The notes below the pieces were generated by a model. The model did no database searches, was not told the origin of the DNA, and saw only the letters and a program-made list of their open reading frames with translations. A stretch of DNA of 64,000 bases from an uncultured Bdellovibrionales bacterium (GTDB taxonomy: Bacteria; Patescibacteriota; Minisyncoccia; Moranbacterales; UBA1568): assembly GCA_964398485.1 (NCBI GenBank), contig CAYNMD010000003.1, forward strand, positions 1,334 through 65,333, in the 5' to 3' direction. A program made the translations under genes and the position numbers. Each line of letters begins with the position of its first letter. Position 1 is the stretch's first letter. This document shows positions 59,531 through 64,000 of this stretch, one piece after another.

Positions 59531-59570
59531 GATAGAGACAATGGTCTTACTCGGCGCTTGTTTTTTATTT
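59522..59570 (+). terminator. Intrinsic terminator overlapping the RT stop codon
   Basis: aagcgctgag..ctcggcgctt followed by gttttttattt. Confidence 0.75.
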
Positions 59571-59647
59571 GAAATCAATGCCACAGAAGCCATAGCCAAG
59601 AAGAGGAGAAAAGGGTAGGATGGAGGTGAACGTATACTCTTTATCCT

Positions 59648-60613
59648 ATGCTCGAAAAACTCAAGAACATCTTCTATCGACCAGACTTTTTTCGAAGACA
59701 AGAATTTACTACTGGTCAGGCGCTCTCATTTTATTCCCTCTCCGTTTTCTTTCTCGTTCTTGGTCTTTCACTGATCCTTATCCCAGCCGCCTGGGGGATA
59801 AACCGTTTTTTTGAGTCAGCCCAGTGGCAAGAACAAAAGCAAATTATCGAGACACTCTATCCAGCTGGTCTCGTGCTTACTTTGGAACATGGCAAACTGA
59901 CTACCAATCAAGCTGCCCCCGTTGTTATTCCCTTTCCCAAGGAATGGGTAAAAAATGGTGCCTGCAACAAAAAGAAACATTGTGAACAGCGCGAACTTCC
60001 AGTGAATCTCTTGGTGATAGATAAAAGTGCTGAGCTCTCTCGCAAAGCTATCGAGTCTCGTGATACCCTCGTTCTCGCAAGTGAAACCGAAATTGGCATG
60101 AGCAACCCTCGTCGAGGTGAAACCAGAATATTTAGTACGGCTGAATTCAACTTTGATCAAAAGATTGTCGTAAATAAGGACTCCTTCGTTTACTGGATAA
60201 ATCGAGGAGCGAGTATAGTTCAAACAGCTATCCTTTTTCTCCTTGCTGTGCTCCCACTCATCATGTTTGTGGTGCTTTGGGTAGGGTACATCATGTACAG
60301 TCTCTTGGGCGCACTCGTGGTATGGCTCGCTGCTCATATCAGAAATCACCGGCTTACGTATGGGCGGGCATATCTTTCGACACTCTATTTGCTCCCAGCC
60401 TCATTTCTTATGATGGTGGTTATGTCAGCAATGAGTTATCGTATCCCGCTTCTCTTTACGATTATTCTCTTTGGTATGGCGCTCCTCAATTTTGACCGGC
60501 GGGCCAAGGAAAAAGTTCTTCCAGGGCCATTTACTGATACTCATGCAGCTGTAATCCAAGAGGCCCCAACCACTCCTGCACGACCAACTTCTGAGAATAA
60601 AGAGATCTCATAG
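59648..60613 (+). CDS. DUF1189-like membrane protein
   Basis: N-terminal TM, extracytoplasmic domain, C-terminal TMs with L.Y...Y...LY..P; own TATACT. Confidence 0.55.
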   Translation: MLEKLKNIFYRPDFFRRQEFTTGQALSFYSLSVFFLVLGLSLILIPAAWGINRFFESAQWQEQKQIIETLYPAGLVLTLEHGKLTTNQAAPVVIPFPKEWVKNGACNKKKHCEQRELPVNLLVIDKSAELSRKAIESRDTLVLASETEIGMSNPRRGETRIFSTAEFNFDQKIVVNKDSFVYWINRGASIVQTAILFLLAVLPLIMFVVLWVGYIMYSLLGALVVWLAAHIRNHRLTYGRAYLSTLYLLPASFLMMVVMSAMSYRIPLLFTIILFGMALLNFDRRAKEKVLPGPFTDTHAAVIQEAPTTPARPTSENKEIS

Positions 60614-60639
60614 CAAGTAATACGTTTAATAACATTGTT

Positions 60640-60804
60640 ATGGACAAAGTGAAAGTAGAAAATCATAGTTTTACAGCGTTCTCATGGTGCGCAGGTTGGC
60701 TCTTCACGGTCGGTTTTCTTGGTCTTTCTTTTTGGAAGGGAGTCTTGGCTATCGCTATCTGGCCATACTATATCGGGGAATACGTAAGTAGTCTCATAAG
60801 ATAG
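60640..60804 (+). CDS. 54-aa membrane protein (not in ORF track)
   Basis: MDKVKVENHSFTAFSWCAGWLFTVGFLGLSFWKGVLAIAIWPYYIGEYVSSLIR*. Confidence 0.65.
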   Translation: MDKVKVENHSFTAFSWCAGWLFTVGFLGLSFWKGVLAIAIWPYYIGEYVSSLIR

Positions 60805-60829
60805 GAAAATAAAACCGTTTATACCCAAA

Positions 60830-61261
60830 ATGGATCGTATGGCTGAACTGAAGACCAAGGTAAATAACAAAAGTCCATTGGCTTTTATCAAGACTATTGC
60901 TAATGAAGAGAAACGTAAGGATGCAGAGCAGTTACTCAGGATTTTTACTGAAGTAACTGGAGAGAAACCAAGGATGTGGGGTGAGAGTATTATTGGCTAC
61001 GGGCAATATCACTACGAATCAGAACGAAGCAGTCAAAAGGGCGATTGGCCACTGACTGGTTTCTCGCCACGCAAAGCAGCATTGACGATATATATCATGC
61101 CTGGTTTTGAGGCCTACGCTGATCTCATGAAGGATCTCGGCGCATGTAAGACGAGTCGATCTTGCCTCTACGTAAAACATCTCTCTGATCTTCATATCCC
61201 TACGCTCAAAAAACTCATCAAATGCTCCGTGACTGATATGCGCCGTAAATATAACGCCTGA
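60830..61261 (+). CDS. DUF1801 family protein
   Basis: MWG.SIIG.G.YHY, GDW...GFSPRK..L..Y, SCLY.K. Confidence 0.82.
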   Translation: MDRMAELKTKVNNKSPLAFIKTIANEEKRKDAEQLLRIFTEVTGEKPRMWGESIIGYGQYHYESERSSQKGDWPLTGFSPRKAALTIYIMPGFEAYADLMKDLGACKTSRSCLYVKHLSDLHIPTLKKLIKCSVTDMRRKYNA

Positions 61262-61342
61262 TGTTTGCAGGTGACTTTGTTGACGCAGTTTCTTTTTTCG
61301 TATACAACAGCAGTATCATAGCTATCTCTTGGAGAGGGACCT

Positions 61343-61714
61343 ATGTCCAAGTCGCTTTTATTGGCTTGTCTCGTGGCAGCTATCGCGCTCGCCACTTGCA
61401 GCGGAAAGAAGGCTCACTCACAGGCAAGATCAATTCCGACCGTTCCGGACTATGAGATCAAAGCGGTCGAAGCCGCCTGTGAACATGGGGGGACAGTACT
61501 CCATTTCCTTCTTCGAGAAACTGAGGGGGAGAAACAGCCGATCACCAAGAAGATGTACTGCATCGATAAACAAGGGCGGCGGGTGCTCCGTATCGAATGC
61601 AGTCACCAACGCTCTCGCTGCGAAACGCCAGTGGTGACCGAGGATTCAGTCGAGGGATTCAGACAGCTCCTTCGTGTTATGGAGGGCAATCCCAACACTG
61701 GTATCGATACCTGA
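61343..61714 (+). CDS. Putative lipoprotein ORFan cassette
   Basis: Lipobox-like ALATC; TTGACG-17-TACAAC promoter, GAGGG SD, terminator 61729-61768. Confidence 0.6.
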   Translation: MSKSLLLACLVAAIALATCSGKKAHSQARSIPTVPDYEIKAVEAACEHGGTVLHFLLRETEGEKQPITKKMYCIDKQGRRVLRIECSHQRSRCETPVVTEDSVEGFRQLLRVMEGNPNTGIDT

Positions 61715-61728
61715 GTTATGTTCAATCC

Positions 61729-61813
61729 TGGGCCACGTCCACATGTCTGGAGGTGGCCCAAGCTTTTTATAAAAAGAAGGCCCACCGACCGGTCTCAGTC
61801 AGGTGGGTTCCTT
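61729..61813. terminator. Back-to-back terminators of convergent ORFan cassettes
   Basis: tgggccac..gtggccca then T-run; A-run then aaggcccacc..ggtgggttcctt. Confidence 0.7.
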
Positions 61814-61843
61814 ATTTGGCCAAGTTTGGCCGTTGCACTGTTC

Positions 61844-62203
61844 TCAGGTAGCAGCGTTCACATCAGCGGGCGTGAGCTGAATACTTCCATCCGGATGCAG
61901 CAGGACGAGATAGCTCGGCCGCTCCTTATTGGCATCGAGATCAGGCCGATTTGGCACTCTCAAACGAGGAAAGATGTCCAGATGACCACCCGAAGCAGTG
62001 GGGTAGAACTGTCCTTCAGCATGAGTGACGTACCGCACGCCATCCTGCGTCACCCACTTGAGACGAAGACTGTCTCCATCACGATCCTTGATGTCTTCAG
62101 TGATGATGGCATCGTTCGCCGGTACCCGGCAATCGAAACACTGTCTCAGAGCCAAGGCAAAGGCATTGCGAGCCAGCTGGGCAACTTCTTGAGAAAATGA
62201 CAT
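61844..62203 (-). CDS. ORFan cassette (119 aa)
   Basis: AGGAG SD; downstream terminator. Confidence 0.6.
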   Translation of the reverse strand: MSFSQEVAQLARNAFALALRQCFDCRVPANDAIITEDIKDRDGDSLRLKWVTQDGVRYVTHAEGQFYPTASGGHLDIFPRLRVPNRPDLDANKERPSYLVLLHPDGSIQLTPADVNAAT

Positions 62204-62364
62204 GGCGAATCTCCTGTGGATGAGAATCAGGGAGAGCGATGCTACCCATCACTCATGGCGCTACCTTGGCATACTCCTTGTTTTTGGTCAAGAAAAAGAA
62301 GAGCAGCAGACCCTCGGTGAGAATCTACTGCTAAAGCAGTCCGCCCAGCGCCAGTCCCTGATGA

Positions 62365-62550
62365 CTAGACGCCGTGCTTGACCTCGTCGGGCATATGGGT
62401 GGTCATCCCATTCATGGTGTCATCATCACCATCGAGGAGGCTGTCATAGGGAACGGGATCACCTCGAAAGCGCTTGAACACTGACACGATGATGAGTCCC
62501 GCCACCAGGACCAAAAGTCCGAGGAGAAGGGTGGTAAACCAGGTGGGCAT
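62365..62550 (-). CDS. Single-TM ORFan with acidic tail (61 aa)
   Basis: GGAGGT SD before ATG 62550; terminator hairpin plus U-run at ~62290-62335. Confidence 0.6.
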   Translation of the reverse strand: MPTWFTTLLLGLLVLVAGLIIVSVFKRFRGDPVPYDSLLDGDDDTMNGMTTHMPDEVKHGV

Positions 62551-62665
62551 CGAGTACCTCCAGGGCGTCAGTTGACGATACTTTATCCCTACCATAATCT
62601 CTCGAAACGAGCAAATGTAATTTGGTTCTTTGTCAAAGAGCAGTATACTCAAAAGAAAACATCCT

Positions 62666-63670
62666 ATGTTTAAAACATTGACGCTGGTTGCTGTAGCTAT
62701 TGGACTCTTTGGAGTGGTGTATTTCTTTTCTCTCTACCAAAAAGACCAGCAAAGATTACAAGAGGAAGCAAGACAATTGATACTAGAGAAAAATCAACAA
62801 AAGATCACGCCTCGATATGAGGGTGAAATTTTGACTCACGAGGAGTCTGCTTATCCAGGAACTCTTCCTGTAAAAAATTCTTCAGGAGTAGCTTTTCCAC
62901 TCCAAGGGAAGGATAATTCTCCTCAGGATACTCAAAAGAAAATTCTTCCTGATACTACTTCAACCCTGGAGAGTCCAGTCAAAGTAGCTACCAAGGATGG
63001 GAAGCAATATTTTTTAGTTGGCCAACCAATGGGCCAAAATGGAGAGGAACCTCGGAAAATAATCTTTTCTCTCCCGGGTCATGGATCTACTGCCGAACAG
63101 GATTATGCTGCCTGGAAGCCGCAGCTGATTGAGAATGGAACCTATGCACTGGCTAGTCTCAATTGGTGGGATGGCGAAGGGGAAAAAATCAATGATTATT
63201 ACCGGCCCGATGAGGTGCTGGCGCAAATAAAGGCTTTTCTTGAGACCTATGGATATACTGCTGATGATAGAGTGATACTTTCTGGTTTCTCTCGCGGAAG
63301 TACCAATACCTATCCAGTCAAAGCTTACGATGGAGTAAGTGGGACACCTATTATTGACGCGGTTATTTCTGCTTCTGGGAAATATCAGTCGGATTTTCCT
63401 CTCACGCCGCATCAGTCAAATTCACTTGATGGAAAGATCTACCAAGGAGTACCCTGGGTACTCGTCTGTGGGGAACGAGATGATAATCCTGAACGCGATG
63501 GTTGTATTGGTATGGAAGAAACAAGGAGTTACTTAACCCAAGCTGGCGCAGAAGTTCTCGCTCTCCTCAAAGATCCACAGGGTGGTCACGGGTCTTTCCA
63601 TCAAAGCCCACTCAAACTGGCTCGTCAAGCTCTCGAGCTTCTCGATGCCAAATTCGTTCAGAAGAAGTGA
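62666..63670 (+). CDS. Membrane-anchored alpha/beta hydrolase
   Basis: N-terminal TM, PGHG, GFSRG nucleophile elbow, GGHG. Confidence 0.75.
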   Translation: MFKTLTLVAVAIGLFGVVYFFSLYQKDQQRLQEEARQLILEKNQQKITPRYEGEILTHEESAYPGTLPVKNSSGVAFPLQGKDNSPQDTQKKILPDTTSTLESPVKVATKDGKQYFLVGQPMGQNGEEPRKIIFSLPGHGSTAEQDYAAWKPQLIENGTYALASLNWWDGEGEKINDYYRPDEVLAQIKAFLETYGYTADDRVILSGFSRGSTNTYPVKAYDGVSGTPIIDAVISASGKYQSDFPLTPHQSNSLDGKIYQGVPWVLVCGERDDNPERDGCIGMEETRSYLTQAGAEVLALLKDPQGGHGSFHQSPLKLARQALELLDAKFVQKK

Positions 63671-63684
63671 TATAATGGAAATAT

Positions 63685-64000
63685 ATGGGAAAAAATAGTC
63701 TCCGCATAGCTTCATTTCTCTTCTCTGGCGCTCTCTTGGTAGTTGCCTGGTTTTGGGTACTCTATAGTGAGGAAAATCGCAGGCTCGCGCAAGCAGCCAA
63801 ACGAGAGACCGAGTACCTCGATGAACTCCGTGCCATCGACAGTGATCGAAAGGCTTATTTTGAGAGTATTGCTGCTACTCGCAAGGAGCAGCTCGAAGCT
63901 ATGGAGGCAGCCAAAGCCCAATATGAGGCGCTTTTAAAAAGTCAGGCTGATCAAGTCAAAGCACAAACCAAGGCTACTACTCAAGTGGTAAGTAAGCCAG
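63685..64000 (+). CDS. Membrane-anchored coiled-coil protein, 3'-truncated by the window edge
   Basis: MGKNSLRIASFLFSGALLVVAWFWVLY... stays open to the end; TATAAT 8 nt upstream. Confidence 0.55.
   Translation, partial: MGKNSLRIASFLFSGALLVVAWFWVLYSEENRRLAQAAKRETEYLDELRAIDSDRKAYFESIAATRKEQLEAMEAAKAQYEALLKSQADQVKAQTKATTQVVSKP

Noticed and set aside
58093-59570. Group II intron
   Set aside because: No maturase/X domain, no GUGCG 5' end at the element boundary, and no domain V/VI after the ORF, only a terminator.

Overview
Bacterial chromosomal window (genetic code 11). Gene content and style suggest a CPR/Patescibacteria genome, possibly Ca. Moranbacteria (inference): short AlaS, FtsA-like plus baseplate-J-like pair, FN3/VirB2-pilin surface protein, and core genes that mostly lack Shine-Dalgarno (SD) sites or look leaderless. 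Layout: a type I restriction-modification locus with a TIGR02391(HEPN-like)/DUF3800 pair between hsdM and hsdS (0.8-7.3 kb); small accessory genes; housekeeping genes (mutY, lgt, xseAB, korAB-type oxidoreductase, rpmA, scpAB, mraY, pgk, eno, alaS, rplU, recR, dnaB, cysS, corA, yidD); CIRCE-hrcA-grpE-dnaK; and an accessory hotspot after dnaK (54.8-62.6 kb). The hotspot holds the most interesting element: a self-contained promoter / ~305-nt structured ncRNA (closed by a perfect 11-bp inverted repeat) / retron-like reverse transcriptase (RT) / terminator unit with no co-transcribed effector. The RT has atypical motifs (DGR-like IG instead of QG; VTK instead of VTG). Next to it lie three unrelated ORFan cassettes sharing terminator repeats (two also share an identical promoter) and a second orphan structured RNA. 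An operon of small Cys-rich proteins sits between yidD and hrcA. No rRNA, tRNA, CRISPR array, transposase or integrase was recognised. All calls come from reading sequence and motifs by eye; no searches or folding programs were run.
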